Positions 33,699 through 51,605 of a DNA stretch of 64,000 nucleotides are shown in pieces; position 1 is the stretch's first letter, and every line of letters begins with the position of its first letter. The DNA is taken from the NCBI RefSeq assembly GCF_009914755.1, contig NC_060947.1; one strand, written 5' to 3'. Under the pieces are notes generated by a model. That model saw nothing but the letters and a program-made list of their open reading frames with translations. It searched no databases and had not been told where the DNA came from. The stretch is from the human T2T-CHM13v2.0 reference genome, Homo sapiens. The position numbers and the translations under genes are program-made.

Positions 33699-33906
33699 TT
33701 TATTTTTATTTATTATTATTATTATTATTGAGACATGGTCTCACTCTGTCACCCAGGCTGTAGTGGAGTGGCGTGATCACGGTTCACTACAGCCTCGACC
33801 TCCTGGGCTCAAGTAGTCCTCCCACCTCAGCCTCCTGAGTAGCTGTGGCCACAGGCATGCACCATCACATTCAGCTAATTTTTAATTTTTTTGTTGAGAC
33901 GGGGTG
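33699..33906 (-). mobile_element. 5'-truncated AluJ
   Basis: acagcctcgacctcctgggctcaagtagtcctcccacctcagcc J diagnostics; (TTA)n tail; TSD ccactttta/ctactttta. Confidence 0.85.
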
Positions 33907-35487
33907 CTACTTTTAATAAATAATAGATCACTCAGACAGAAAATCAATAAGGAAATAGCAGACATGAACAACAGTATAGACCAAATAGACAGACCTAACA
34001 GACATATACAGATCATTTCACCCAATAGCAGCAGACTATACATTCTGAAGCACTCGTGGAATGTTCTGCAGGACAGATCATATGCTAGGTCACAAAACAA
34101 GTCTTAACAAATTTAAGAAGATTGAAATCATTTCAAGTATCTTTTCTGACCACAATGGAATGAAAGTAGAAATCAATAACAAAAGAAAAACAGCACAATT
34201 TAAAAATAAACGGATATTAAACATTTTTAAACAACCATTGGGTCAAAAAAGAAATCAAAGGAAAATATCTGAAGATCAATGAAAATGAAAACATAGCATA
34301 ACAAAACTTATGGGATGCAGTAAAAGTAGTACTAAGAGGGAATTTTATACTGGTAAATGCCTACATTAAAAAAGAAGACCTCAAATAAACAACCTAACTT
34401 TACACCTCAAGGAACTAGAAAAAGAAGAGCAAACTAAGTCTAAAGTTAGCAGAAAGAGGAAATAACAAAGATTAGAGAGAAATAAATGAAATAGAGAATA
34501 GAAAAACAATAGAAAATTTGATGAAACTAAAGGTTGGTTTTTTGAAAAGACAAAATTGACAAAACTTTAGCTAGTCTAAGAAAAAAAGAGAGGACTCAAA
34601 TAATTAAAATCAGAAATTAAAGAGAAGACATTGCAATGGAAGCCATAGAAATAAAAAGATCATAAGTGATGATTATGAACAATTATACACCGACAAACTG
34701 GATAATCTAGAAGAAATAGATAAACTCCCAGAAATATAAAACCTACTAAGACTAAATCAAGAAAAAATAGTAATTCTTAACAGACCAATGACAAATGAGA
34801 TTGAATCAGTAATCAAAAAACCACTCAGGAAATTAAAGCCCAGAATCTGGTGGCTTCACAAGTCAATTCTATCAAACATTTAAAGAAGAATTAACATCAA
34901 TTCTTTCTAAACTCTTCCAAAAATAGAACAGAGAACCCTTCCAAACTCATTTCACGAGGTCAGCATCTGCCTGATATGAAAGCCACACAAAGACATCACA
35001 AGAAAAGGAAACTATAGGCCATTATCCTTGATGAACATATATGCAAAAATCCTCTACAAAATATTAGCAAACAGAATTCAACAGCATATTAAAAGGATCA
35101 TTTACTATGACCAAGTGAGACTTGTCCCCTGGGATGAAGGGATTGTTCAATATATGCAAATCTATCAATGTGATACACTGCATTAACAGAATGAAGGATA
35201 AAATTACATGATCATTTCAGTAGATGCAGAAAAAGCATTTGGCAAAATTTAACACCATTTTATATAAAAACTTTCAATAAATTAAGTGTAGAAAGAACTT
35301 ACCTATCACAATAAAGGCCACATATGAAAAGCTCACAGCTAACATCATATTCAATGGTGAAAAACTAAAAACTTTTCCTCTAAGATTTGGAGAAAGACAT
35401 GGATGCCTGCTCTTACCACTTCTATTCAACATAGTACTGGAAGGCCTAGGCAGAGAAATTAGGCAGGAAAAATAAATAAAAGGCATC

Positions 35488-35850
35488 TGTATTAATCTGT
35501 TCTCATGCTGCAAATAAAGATATACCTGAGACTTGGTAATTTATAAAGGAAAGTGGCTTAATTGACTCACAATTCAGCATGGCTGGGGAGGCCACACAAT
35601 CATGGCAGAAGGTGAAGGAAGAGCAAAAGCACGTGTTACATGGCAGCAGGCAAGAATGTGTGCAGGAGAATTCCTCTTTATAAAGCCATCAGATCTTGTG
35701 AGACTTATTCACTATCATGAGAACAGCACAGGAAACCACCCCCCACCATGATGTAATAACCTCCCACAGGGTCCCTCCCACAACATGTGGGGATTATAGG
35801 AGCTACAATTCAAGATGAGATTTGGGTGGGGACACAGCCAAACCATATCA
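35488..35850 (-). mobile_element. THE1 (B/C-like) solo LTR
   Basis: tgtattaatctgttctcatgctgc...gggacacagccaaaccatatca; perfect 5-bp TSD gcatc (35483-35487 / 35851-35855). Confidence 0.92.
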
Positions 35851-36744
35851 GCATCCAAATTGGAAAGGAAGAAGTAAAATTACCTCTGTTTGCAGATGAC
35901 ATAATCTTATATGTAGAAAACCCTAAAGACACCTAAAAAAAACCCCAGAACTAATGACCAAATTCAGAAGAGTTCCACAATACAAAATCAATGTACAAAA
36001 ATCAGTTGCATTCCTATGTACTTACAATGAATTATCTATAAAGAAAGATAAGAAATCAATACTGTTTACAATATCATCAAAAAGAATAAAATACTTAGGA
36101 ACAAACTTAACCAAAGAAGTGAAAGACTTACACACTGAAAACTCTAAGACATTAATGAAAGAAATTAAAACAGATATTAGTAAATGGAAAGATATTCTGT
36201 GTTCATGCATTGGAATAATTAATATTGTTAAAATGTCTGTACTACCCAAAGTCATATAAACAGAGAGTAACATGGTGCTTGCCAGGGTATTGGTGAAGAA
36301 GGAAATGTGAAGGTATTGGTCAAAGGGTTCACAGTTTCAGTTATACAGAATGAATAAGTCCTAGAGATCTACTGTACAGCATAGTGCTTATATTTTACAA
36401 TACTATGTTGTACATTTTAAAATTTTCTAAGGGGAAGTCTCTTATGTTAAGTGTTCTTATCACATGAAAAAGATGATAAAGATGGTGGAGGAAACTTTTG
36501 AAGGTGATGGATAGGCTGATGGCATAGATTGTGCTGATGGTTTCACAGTTGAATGCCTATATGTAAACTCATCAAGTTGTATATATTAAATATGTACAGC
36601 TTTCTGTGTGTCAATAATACCTCAATAAAGTGGCTAAAAAAGTTGTAGAAAGCTTACAGAAAAGGAATCTTGGAAAAGGAATCAAATGTGGTCAAAGTTA
36701 GCTAACATCATTTATTTATAAGGTTTTTAATGAAATGAACTTCA

Positions 36745-37062
<318 letters not shown>

Positions 37063-37192
37063 GAAATGAACTTCAATATCAAAAGTACACTGATACAGTT
37101 TGGTTTTATCTCTGTTAAAAATGACAAAGTATTCTTGGATTGCTGATCTGCTCTTAATAAGAGATTATAAAAGGTTTTTCTTTACCTTTTAA

Positions 37193-37570
<378 letters not shown>

Positions 37571-37751
37571 TTCTTTTTACTTTTTAAAAGAGCTAAGGTT
37601 TTTCTACAATTATGTTACCTCCTATGGTTATTTTTGAAATCTTTGATGTTATTTTGGTTTAATAAGTAACTAAATATTGTTTCACAGTGACATAGAATCC
37701 CACTTAGCCAAGTGTTTAAATCTTTTGACATCTTTAACAACTTCCCCTTGG

Positions 37752-39817
<2,066 letters not shown>

Positions 39818-39834
39818 TAAGAAGAGATGCTTAG

Positions 39835-40172
<338 letters not shown>

Positions 40173-40363
40173 AAGGAAATCTTATTAATATAAGTATGCC
40201 AGAAATTGTATAAACTTCCTAGCAACTTGTGAATATCCTTGCTGTCCATGATATGTGCTGGTATAATGTTATGAGTCATTATTCTGGTTCTTATTTTAAA
40301 ATGTTGTATGCCACAGAAATAACCAAATTTCCTTGTCAAATGAACTCTCGTCAGATCTTTAAC

Positions 40364-40501
40364 CATTGCTCTTTTAATTCTTTTGTCCTCCACAGATAGT
40401 TTTTGTTTTACTCTTATTTTTCTCTGAAAGCACATTGCTCTTTTAATTCTTTTGTCCTCCACAGATAGTTTTCGTTTTACTCTTATTTTTCTCTGAAAGC
40501 A
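40364..40501. repeat. 69-bp tandem duplication in the ERV internal region
   Basis: cattgctcttttaattcttttgtcctccacagatag...ctctgaaagca x2 (40364-40432, 40433-40501), one mismatch. Confidence 0.95.
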
Positions 40502-41361
40502 TTTACAATCACCTACAAGCCAGAGTGCCTCATCTTCAACAAAAAGTGACTGTCCCATAGACCCATGGAAAGGACTATGACAGGCATTCTAGGGTACAAT
40601 CTTCTGATGGCATTGCTTAAATAACTTTGAGACCATACCACTGGACAGAGGAAGGAGTTCCAGATCTCCAGTAGAGAAACTAGTGGGTTCATAAAATTGC
40701 TAACCCAAGATCAAGTAGAGTGAGAATTAATTACATGAGACTGAATAAACTGACAAAGAAGGATTATGATTTTTATGACTTTTATTTGGAATATTGCTGG
40801 TTCTCTAACATTCTATTTTCTGAATATAAGGAACCCCTTTCCCTTTGCTCTTAAGATATCTATAACTCAACAATTTATAAGATTATACTTTTATAAACAG
40901 AAATGAAATATTTATCTTTTCTTCCTGCCTAGTCTCTTCATAATTTGGAAACTAAGTGTTCCTCTTCCCATAATAATATAATTATTCACATGAGTTCAAT
41001 AAGAAACTGTTCTTCTTGTAACAGGACACAATTGGAAAAATTAGTTATATTGTCAAGGCTTTGACTGGAATGTCACATTTGAGAATGATGCATAGAATCA
41101 GATATGAACCGACAGTTTTAAGGAACTCAGGTTGACTTTATGGAACCAATGCTTACAAAGCCCTCTTGGAAAAACCAGCCTGTTACCTGGCTTATAATTC
41201 TCCCAATTTTACAGATAAGTAATCAATGGCACTTCCTGGCAGTCCCAAGAACCTTAGGGCATTTTAGGGGACTTGAGAATAAAGGAATTCACCTAAACCT
41301 ATAGATATTGCAGGTGAAGTCTGAGGTGAATTCTTGGCTTGGTTTCCTACCCTCAAGAGGG

Positions 41362-41687
<326 letters not shown>

Positions 41688-42017
41688 AAGAGGTTTTAAA
41701 AAGTCTAATCGGAGATGCCTTATGAAAAACAGGTCTAGGTAGTCAATGATCATTCTTGCTGCACCTACATAAACAATAAGGACAAACCTAAGGAAGCCAG
41801 ACTTGTTTTGTAAACAAGAATAACCTTATTTGCTTATCTTTGATCAAAAATAGGGGATGACTATAGAGAGAAATTTTATATTTCAGTGGAAAATCATAGC
41901 ACACCCTTTTGGATTATCAGACTCTAATCCTGCTCATTGTCTTTGAGACCTTGTTATCTACTTGTAAATTGGACTGGCTCTTGCCATCTTGCCTATGTTG
42001 ACAGTTATTACCACCAG

Positions 42018-42180
42018 TTTTCCTTCCTTCCTTCCTCTCTTTCCCTCTTTCTCTCTTTCTTTCTTTCTTTCTTCTTTCTTTCTTTCTCTTTCTTTCTTTC
42101 TTTCTTTTTTTCGTTCTTTTCTTTCTTTCTTTCTTCTCTGTCTCTTTCTCTCTCTGTCTTTTTCTCTTTCTTTCTTTCTT
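42018..42180. repeat. (TTTC/TC)n polypyrimidine low-complexity tract (expanded AluJ tail)
   Basis: About 160 bp almost exclusively T/C. Confidence 0.9.
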
Positions 42181-42464
<284 letters not shown>

Positions 42465-43083
42465 TAGTTTCCTCCAATATCTGGCTACAACTCTCCAACT
42501 TAACATTTTCAATTTTTCTCCCACTCTCCTGACTTGGCACCACTGAGAGCTAAAACCCGATTGCCAAGAACTTTATTGGGACTCTAGGTTGTTTGTAGCT
42601 GATTTCCCCCAGGACTTAAAGAAGCCTTGCAAACTGAAGCTAGACAATGAGGAACTTTCATGCCTGGAGCTGCTGCTGTGTAGGCCACTCAGGATGCTTA
42701 GAACTCAACATCTAGAAATCTCCTTGATTGACTGCTGTTAATACCAAATCTAACAGATGATTCAGCTTGACCCTAAAGAACAAAAGGCAGCCAAATGAGA
42801 AATGGACTTATATTGTTCAAAGGAAAAATGAGTCTCTCTTCTTTTAGCAAGAATATTACTAAGTCAGTTTAACATGAATCCCCCCACCATTAATATCCGA
42901 TTATCTGGGCTTACCTTTAGCAAGAATCCTAAGTAAATTTAGCAAGAATCCTCCTTCCCTTGATGTCTCTTCTTAGTAATTTTTATCCACTGATTCCCAC
43001 TCACTCTGCTTGTTGGTTATAAATACCCAGTTGTCTTTGTTGTATTCAGAGTTGAGTCTGGCCTCTCTCTCCTATTATGATAG

Positions 43084-43932
<849 letters not shown>

Positions 43933-44299
43933 ATTGCTGACACGTATTGCAATAGTCCTGAATAAAGTCATCCTTACCATTATAACAAGTGTCAGAATTT
44001 TTTTTCTTAATAATGTTAAAGATTTAACTCATTAGTAAGGGAACTGGTAACATGTTACAACCAGTTGAAGGGAGAGTCAAAGAACAAACAAGTTTATAGA
44101 TCAGAAATATTGAAATGAATATGCAAATTGAGGCAAAATTGGTCTCTTCTACAGTGGGGGAAGGAAATAATTTAAACCTCTACTGGACAAATTATAGAAT
44201 TTACATGTCTATGGACACAAATTATTTTGCAAATACAGAGTTGTAAATTAGCTCAATGGCAATGAAAGGCTAGAATCATATAACCAGAAAAGTTGTGCT

Positions 44300-44500
44300 C
44301 TAGATTACTGATCATGGGCCAAATGCAGTCCATTGCCTGTTTTTGGAAATAAAATTTTATTGGACACGTTCACTTGTGTATTGTCTATTGTGTATTGGCT
44401 GGTTTCATTAAGTTGAGTAGTTGCAGCATTGGCCATATAGCTCACAAAGCCTAAAATATTTACTACCTGGCTTTTTACAGAAAAGATTTCCCTTTACCTC
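44300..44500 (+). mobile_element. MER58A-like MITE
   Basis: gggccaaatgcag...aaataaaattttattgg...aaagcctaaaatatttactacctggctttttacagaaaa. Confidence 0.7.
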
Positions 44501-45202
44501 TGTGCATAATTTTCCACTATTTTTTTTCCCCCTACTAATAAGGAACTTTACAAAAAGGAAACTAAGACCAGTAAGTGGAGAACCAGAACTCTAACCCAGG
44601 TCAGTCTGATTCTATCATTTGTGTCATGATCAGTGAGCAATTTAGCTAGCTCTAGTAACAAAAAACAATCCTGAGGCTTGTTATAAAGCTCCAAGCATTT
44701 CAACTCTTTAGAAATTATTTCATCTTTAAGAAAGAAAATGTCGTCTTTAAAAAGGTATGGGTGCATGTGCATGTATTTGTGTATGTGTGTGTGGAGGGGT
44801 GGGATTTAGGAAAGGAGTGACTGCTTTGTTAGCTAATTAGCAAAATTTTACTTTTATTTCTTGGTCTAAAACTACTTTCACAAAAGCAAATGAATTAAAT
44901 TGCAGCACATTTGTTCTAGACAGGACTCCAGTTATACAGCATCGAGCAAGGAATTGAGCCAGAAACTGAAAATTATTTCAATTTTGTAGCATTTTTCTTT
45001 TAACATTTGCTCCTTCTGAATCTGTCCAGTACCACAGCTCTCTCTATACTCAGTGCAAGTTCACTTTGGTTTTTGCTTCTTAAAATAGTTAACTCTTTCC
45101 TCCTTCCCACTTTTTACACCTTTTTTCTATTTTAAGGCAGTTGAAAGTTCTAGTCTCTGAAAAGGATTATGTAGGTTAATTAGCATTAAAAAGCCCCGTC
45201 TT

Positions 45203-45549
<347 letters not shown>

Positions 45550-46039
45550 CTATCCATCCCTCCCCTATTTTTTGAATAGGAAGTTAAGATGAAACACTCC
45601 AGGGATAAGAGAAAGTTCTGAGATCAAGCCCAGCCCAGTCTATTCTCCAGTCATCTGTGGTAATCATGTCTTTAGTATCAGGTTGCATTGGAAATCTTTG
45701 TTAAATCTTTTTTTGTACATGCTCATAAATAATGCTTCTCGGAGTATCACTAATAGTCACAAGACACAGTGGTGAATTTCAATGACTGAACTGCCATGGA
45801 GAAAATGAGTAGACTGTTAATAGGATCACTCTGGAATAATAGCTAAATTATTAAACTGTAGTGTGGTGGGTGTCACTTCCTTAGTGTGGCAAATTAGATT
45901 TGAAGGTGCAAGTGTGAACGTCTCAGGAATATTCCATTGCACAGCCCTTTGGAGTGATTCTAAACTTTTCTGTAGCCTTCTCTCCTTTACCAGAGGTCAT
46001 GATTATTTTTATTTTCCATTGGCTTTTATTAATAAAGGA

Positions 46040-46506
46040 TGTAGCTGACAGTATCAGTTTTCTGCCATATCCTCTCTGTATCCACCTCTACACCAAAAGG
46101 TCTTTATTGCAAATACCTGCAATGCTTTGCCGGAGGAAATTTTCTAGCCCTAGGAGCATCTAGGACTGCCCTCAGGGCAAGCCCAAAGGGTTGAAGAATT
46201 AATCCTTCAAAAAGCTACCCTCATCCAATGATGGATGTGAGTTGGTGGATCAATACACAGCTTCCCCACTCCTCGGTTGGAGTACCTATGAGGTACAGTA
46301 ACTCAGGGGTGTGGGGCAGCCATGGCCTCTGGGAGTTCCCCAGCAGGACTGAGCTCCAATTGTCCCTCATGTTTGATAATGCTCCCTGTATTGGCTGCCT
46401 CCCCTTTCTGTCTCATTTCACCTGCTGTTTCTTGCTCCCAAAGGAACGACTTGCATTCACATCCTTGTCTTAGGTTCTGCCTCCAGGGTAACCCACATAA
46501 AGACAG
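46040..46506 (+). mobile_element. LTR16-family solo LTR
   Basis: tgtagctgacagtatc...gagttccccagcaggactgagctcc...ttgcattcacatccttgtcttaggttctgc...taaagaca. Confidence 0.7.
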
Positions 46507-46590
46507 ACAGTGAATATAAAGATTTTTCTTCACCAATTTATCATGCAGCAAAGGAGAACACTGTACTTCACTTTCATAGAGCAGCCTTGC

Positions 46591-46937
46591 TGTCTCAGTC
46601 CGTCTGGGCTGCTATAACAGAATACCATGGACTGGGTGGCCTAAACAACAAACATTTATTTCTCACAGTCCTGGAGACTGGAAAGTCCAAGACATAACAC
46701 CAGCAGATTCTGGGTCTGGTGAGGGCCTGCTTCCTGGTTCATAGATAGCCGTCTTCTTGCTGAGTCCTCACATGGTAGAAAGAGCAAGGGAGCTCTCTGG
46801 GGGCACTAATCCCTTTCATGAAGGCTCTGCCCACATAACCTAATCACTTCTGAAAACTACCTCCTAATACCATCATTTTGGGGATTAAGATTTTAACATA
46901 TAAATTTTGGGGGGACACAAACATTTAGTCCATAACA
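46591..46937 (-). mobile_element. MLT1A-like solo LTR
   Basis: tgtctcagtccgtctgggctgctataacagaatacc...gggacacaaacatttagtccataaca. Confidence 0.85.
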
Positions 46938-46964
46938 TTTCCAAAGTCCTTTGCTCCTACAGGA

Positions 46965-47232
46965 AGGTAGCATGTTGCAGCGGGAGAGCCATGGGCTGTG
47001 GGGTTAGATTCAACCTTGAGTTCAAATCCTGCTTTAGTCACTGACTGGCTGTTTGACCTGTGTGACCTTGCTCAAGTTATTTTGCCCCAGTGAACCTCAG
47101 GTTCCCCATTTATTAAAAAAAAGAGATAATGATACCTCCCTCCAGAATTGCAAAAGAATGAACTATGTAATGTATATCAACAGCTCAGTACAAGTGCTTG
47201 GCATGTAGTAGCAACCCAAGAAATGTCAGTTT
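46965..47232 (+). mobile_element. MIR SINE
   Basis: gttcaaatcctg...tgtgtgaccttgctcaagtta...gaacctcaggttccccattt. Confidence 0.75.
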
Positions 47233-47739
47233 CTTGACCTCCAATAAGTTTCTCCTCAATCACTACCAGTAGAATGCAATGTTCTTGTCCTTGTAGCATT
47301 TCTCATGGGAGAATAAAGCAGATACCCAGAGTGAGAATATATCAAGATACCAAGCTTCATGTTATTGCAAACAATAGTAAAGATAACTGTAAAGAAAACC
47401 TTGTCTAGCTACAATGTTTTTCCGGTCTATCTTTTATTTTGAAAAAAGTTTCTAACATTACAGAAATAAACTGGATTGTACTAATATTCCATTCTTGTCA
47501 TTCCATGTATAAATAACTGGATGGTAAAAGTGACATTTAATCTGCCTTCAGTCATACCCTCCATTCACCCACAGGGCGCCTGTTGCCTTCCTGCTGCTAT
47601 CTATTGTCCTCTGGCCTTCCACTTTCCACCTGCTCTCCTTTCTCCTCAGTTGTCTGGAGCCTGCAGTTTTTGGCTTTCACCACTACCAGTGACCAAAGAC
47701 CTTACCACTCAAAGTCCAGCTCCCTAGATCACTGGACGT

Positions 47740-48690
47740 GGAGACAGGCATGATTAAAGGAGACACACAAAGCACTAAGCATAAAAGGAAAACAATTGAT
47801 ACCTTCTGATTATACTTAAATGAAGAACTTCTGTTTGACAAAAGACACTATAAGGAAAAGAAAAAGCTTCTATTTCTGTAGGGAATACTAAAAAATAAAA
47901 ATAAAATAAAAAAAGAAAGAAAGAGAAAAATCAAGCCATAAAGAGAAAGAAGACATTTTCATCTCCTATACTCAATAAAGGGCATTTATCTAGAACATAT
48001 GAAGCACTCCTATAAATTAAGAAAGAAATAGAAACCCCGTAGAAAAATAAGCAAGAATTGAACATAAACCATACAAGATATCCAAATGATCAATAAACAT
48101 AATAAGACATACTCAACCTCATTACTAATCAGAAAAAGGCAAATTAAATTCTTCACTATGTACCAAATAGATTGGCAAAAATTAAAACATCTCACATTAC
48201 CAAGTATAACCTAGGATGTGGAGCAACTGAAACTCTCATACACTGGTGATAGGAATGTCAATTGGCACCATCAATTTGGGAAACAATTTGACATTTGCTG
48301 TCAAAGTTGAAGATACTTATACCTAATACCCCCACAATACATACTGTGTAATTCCATTTACATAGCTTTTGAAAACAGAAAAAAAAAACAGTCCATAATT
48401 TATGGATGCATACTTATGTGGCAAAAGAAATAAAAATAAAAATAAAACACTGAAAGGAAGTTATTATCATAAAGTCAGGGAAATTTTTACCTCTAGGGAG
48501 GAGGGAGGGGTCTGTGATGAGCCAGGAGTACAGAGGGGTCTAGTGAAGGGGTTGGCAAAGTTCTATTTCTTGACCTGGATAGTAGTTACAAGAGTGTTTG
48601 TTCTACAATAATTCACAATGCTGCATGTTTGTGTTTCATATACTTGTCTATATGTGTGATCTATTTCATTATAAGAAAGTAAAAAAACTT
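47740..48690 (+). mobile_element. Old L1M (MC/ME) 3' fragments
   Basis: aagaacttctgtttgacaaaagacac...gatatccaaatgatcaataaacat...ggatgtggagcaactgaaactctcatacactg. Confidence 0.7.
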
Positions 48691-49397
48691 CCTCAAAGTC
48701 TACCCTGAGAAACATTGGTTATGAGATTTTAATATACCTTACAAAAAGAGTTCCATGATCAAACACATTTTGGAAGCGCTGAAGTAAATGAAGACCAACA
48801 AGACTTTAATATGTCAAGGTATACTGTGAAATTCCCAGAGGAGTAAAGAGTGTACTGTGACTTGTAAGACCACAGAACCCATTTTCTAAGGGACCTCTTA
48901 CAGAGCACACACTTAGGAAAAGTAGGTGGAAAACAACATCATAGAACAAGTCCCTGTTTCATGAGCCATTTGAGCTTGTCCAACCAAAGGCTTCAAGAGC
49001 CTTATGCAAAACAAAATGCCAAGTAGCAAGTAGCAAACAAATGAAGTTTTAGGTGGTGCTGAATTGGAGGCCCTTACTATTCTTAAAATCCTTATCATTT
49101 CAAGTGTCTACTCAGTTGATTCCAAACACTGAGTGGTGAGAGGTCAGTCCATACCCATACCCCTGCATAATAAATCTGGCCCATAGCCTTACTTATCTCT
49201 CTAGCTATATTTGTTCTAGTTTTCATAGTGACCATGTTGATAACTGTTTTTCTGTGGGTGGATGGGCCATTCCATATTTGCTCACTTCCTGCTATTTTAT
49301 GTCGATTTCAATCACAGCTGTTTATAAGTAAAATCATTCTGACGGAATCCATCATCTGCTCTGATGCTGTTGATACAATTCTGTTCTCACTGGGACA

Positions 49398-49890
49398 TGA
49401 TATCAGTTAGCTCTCACTGTGTAACAAACCACCCCAAATCTAGTGGCTTAAAACAACAACAACAACAATAATCCTGTGGTCTGACAATTTGGGTTGGGCT
49501 CTGATGGATGAGTCTTCTGCTGGTCTCAGCTGGGTGATACTCATGTGCCTGCAGGCAGCTGCTGGGTCAGCAAGGATATTGGCTGGGTGTTAGCTGAGGC
49601 AGCCATTTGAGTTCCAGCCATGGATCTCTCTCATCAGCCATCAGGCAGCCCTGGATGGGCTTGTTTACGTGGCAGCTTTCACAAAAGTCCCAAGAATAAC
49701 AAGAGAGGGATGGCTTTAATGTGGCAAGTGCTTTTCAAATCTTTGTTTTCATCACATTTGTTATTGTCCTATTGGCCAAAAAAATCATATGGCCAAACAG
49801 TATAGAGTCAGTATAGAAGGAGACTACCTAAGGACAAGGGTACAGAAGACTTGAACAAATTGGGGGCCATTACTGCAACAATCTCCCAAA
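49398..49890 (-). mobile_element. MLT1 (H/I-like) LTR
   Basis: atcagttagct...tgtaacaaaccaccccaaatctagtggcttaaaacaac...ggggccattactgcaacaatc. Confidence 0.7.
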
Positions 49891-50064
49891 GGGACTTCTG
49901 GTACCATAACCATTAATTGTCAAAAGTATATCTCAAACCGAGCTGACTTATGGTAGCCTCTGATACTAGTCAAGTTCACCACTCAGTTGTATTTTTAAAA
50001 ACAAATGTGTTCATCATTCTTTTGAAGGAATGATCTGAATAGAAAATGCTGATTTAAATGGAGG

Positions 50065-50606
50065 TGTATTAGGGCTCTCCAGAGGGACAGGACTAGTAGG
50101 ACATATGTATATATGAACAGGATTTTATTAAGGAGTATTGACTCACAGGATCACAAGGTGAGGTCCCACAATATGCTGTCTACAAGCTGAGGAGCAAGGA
50201 AGCCAGTCCGAGTCCCAAAACCTCAAAAGTACGGAAGCCAACAGTGCAGCCTTCAGTCTGTGGCCAAAGGCCCAAGAGCCCCTGGCAAACCACTGGTGTA
50301 AGTCCAAGCGTCCAAAAGCTGAAAAACTTGGAGTCTGATGTTTGGCAGCAGGAAGCATCCAGCACAGGAGAAAGATGAAAGCTGGGAGACTTTGCCAGTC
50401 TAGTCCTTCCATGTTCTTCTGCCTCCTTTATCCTAGCCATGCTGGCAGCTGATTGTTTTGTGCCCACCCAGATTGAAGGTGAGTCTGCCTCTCCCAGTCC
50501 ACCAACTCAAATGTTAATCTCCTTTGGCAACGCCCTCAGACACACCCAGGAACAACACTTTGCATCCTTCAATCCAATCATGTTGACCTCAATATTAACC
50601 ATCACA
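50065..50606 (-). mobile_element. MLT2A2-like (HERV-L) solo LTR
   Basis: tgtattagggctctccagagggacagg...ccttcaatccaatca...aatattaaccatcaca; near-TSD ggagg/agagg. Confidence 0.88.
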
Positions 50607-51374
50607 AGAGGTTTATTTCATTTACAAAGATATGAAGAAATGTAAACAATTTCCCCTAAGGAAAGTGAGCAAGGTGATTATTCAAGGAAAATTTTATTTA
50701 TAACCTAAAAAACAGAGGAATTCTAGCAGATATAGATTTTCATTACATTGCATTTGTTATAGAAATACAAAAGCTATGACCTTTCCTTTGGTTTGTTCTT
50801 TTTATTTAACAAAATCTGTTTGTCGTGTGTGATTGTTTTTTAACATGACTCTGTCCTGTTTACGGTTTAACCGTTGCAGGCTTCAAATTATTAATCCAAG
50901 ACTGGATATATTAACTCTGTCTGTTGGAAGAGAAGAAACTTACCACGTTGGGTAATTATGATTGTAGGAAGGCAATAATGAAAAGGCAGACCAGGCCCAG
51001 GCCTGCTTTCTGTTGTCTTCAGGCATTGACAGTCTATGGCTGTGGCCATGCTGAGTTGGAATGGGACTCACATCTCCAAGTCACAACAGTATCTGGAGGC
51101 AATTTCTCTCAGGAAATGGCAAGGATCATCAGGTGACTCCAGATGGGATCATCAATCTTGATTCCCTTTGACCACCTAAGGCCACTATCTTGTATCATGA
51201 CCACAATAAAAGACTGTCACCAAGAATTTTATGTTCCCAGTCCTGTCTTCCACAGTAAAGATCTCCTATATTTTTGCTTTGAATGACATTGAGCTCTATA
51301 GGTAATTTAGAACTTGAAAAAAAAAAAAAATAGAACTTGGTGGAGTCATAGTTTTTAAACTTTTTATTGATGAG

Positions 51375-51605
51375 ATGATAATGATGATGATGAACATGAT
51401 AGAGAGTAGCAGCTCTTGCCAAGTTCTTGACAAGAGTCATATCATTTAATCTTTATAACCACCTTCTTGTCTCTATTTGACACACAAAAAAATCACAGGA
51501 ACCAAGAGAGTGATTTGCCCAAGGACCCATTACTTATAAATGGTGGCTCTGAGATTTGAACTTAAATATAATCTGACTCTAAAGTTCTACTCTTAACTAC
51601 TCAGC
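51375..51605 (-). mobile_element. MIR SINE
   Basis: atcatttaatcttt...gtgatttgcccaagg...gagatttgaac...tctgactctaaag. Confidence 0.6.

Larger units (their letters stand above)
30957..36640 (+). mobile_element. Old L1 (L1MA9/10-L1MB1-like) with both ends and an internal deletion
   Basis: 5' agcaagatggaggaatagg; ORF1 RILKAAREKRLVTYKGASIRLSADFS; ORF2 [37 protein letters not shown]; 3' tacctcaataaagtgg; TSD aaaaaattgtagaaag (30941-30956) / aaaaaagttgtagaaag (36636-36652). Confidence 0.88.
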
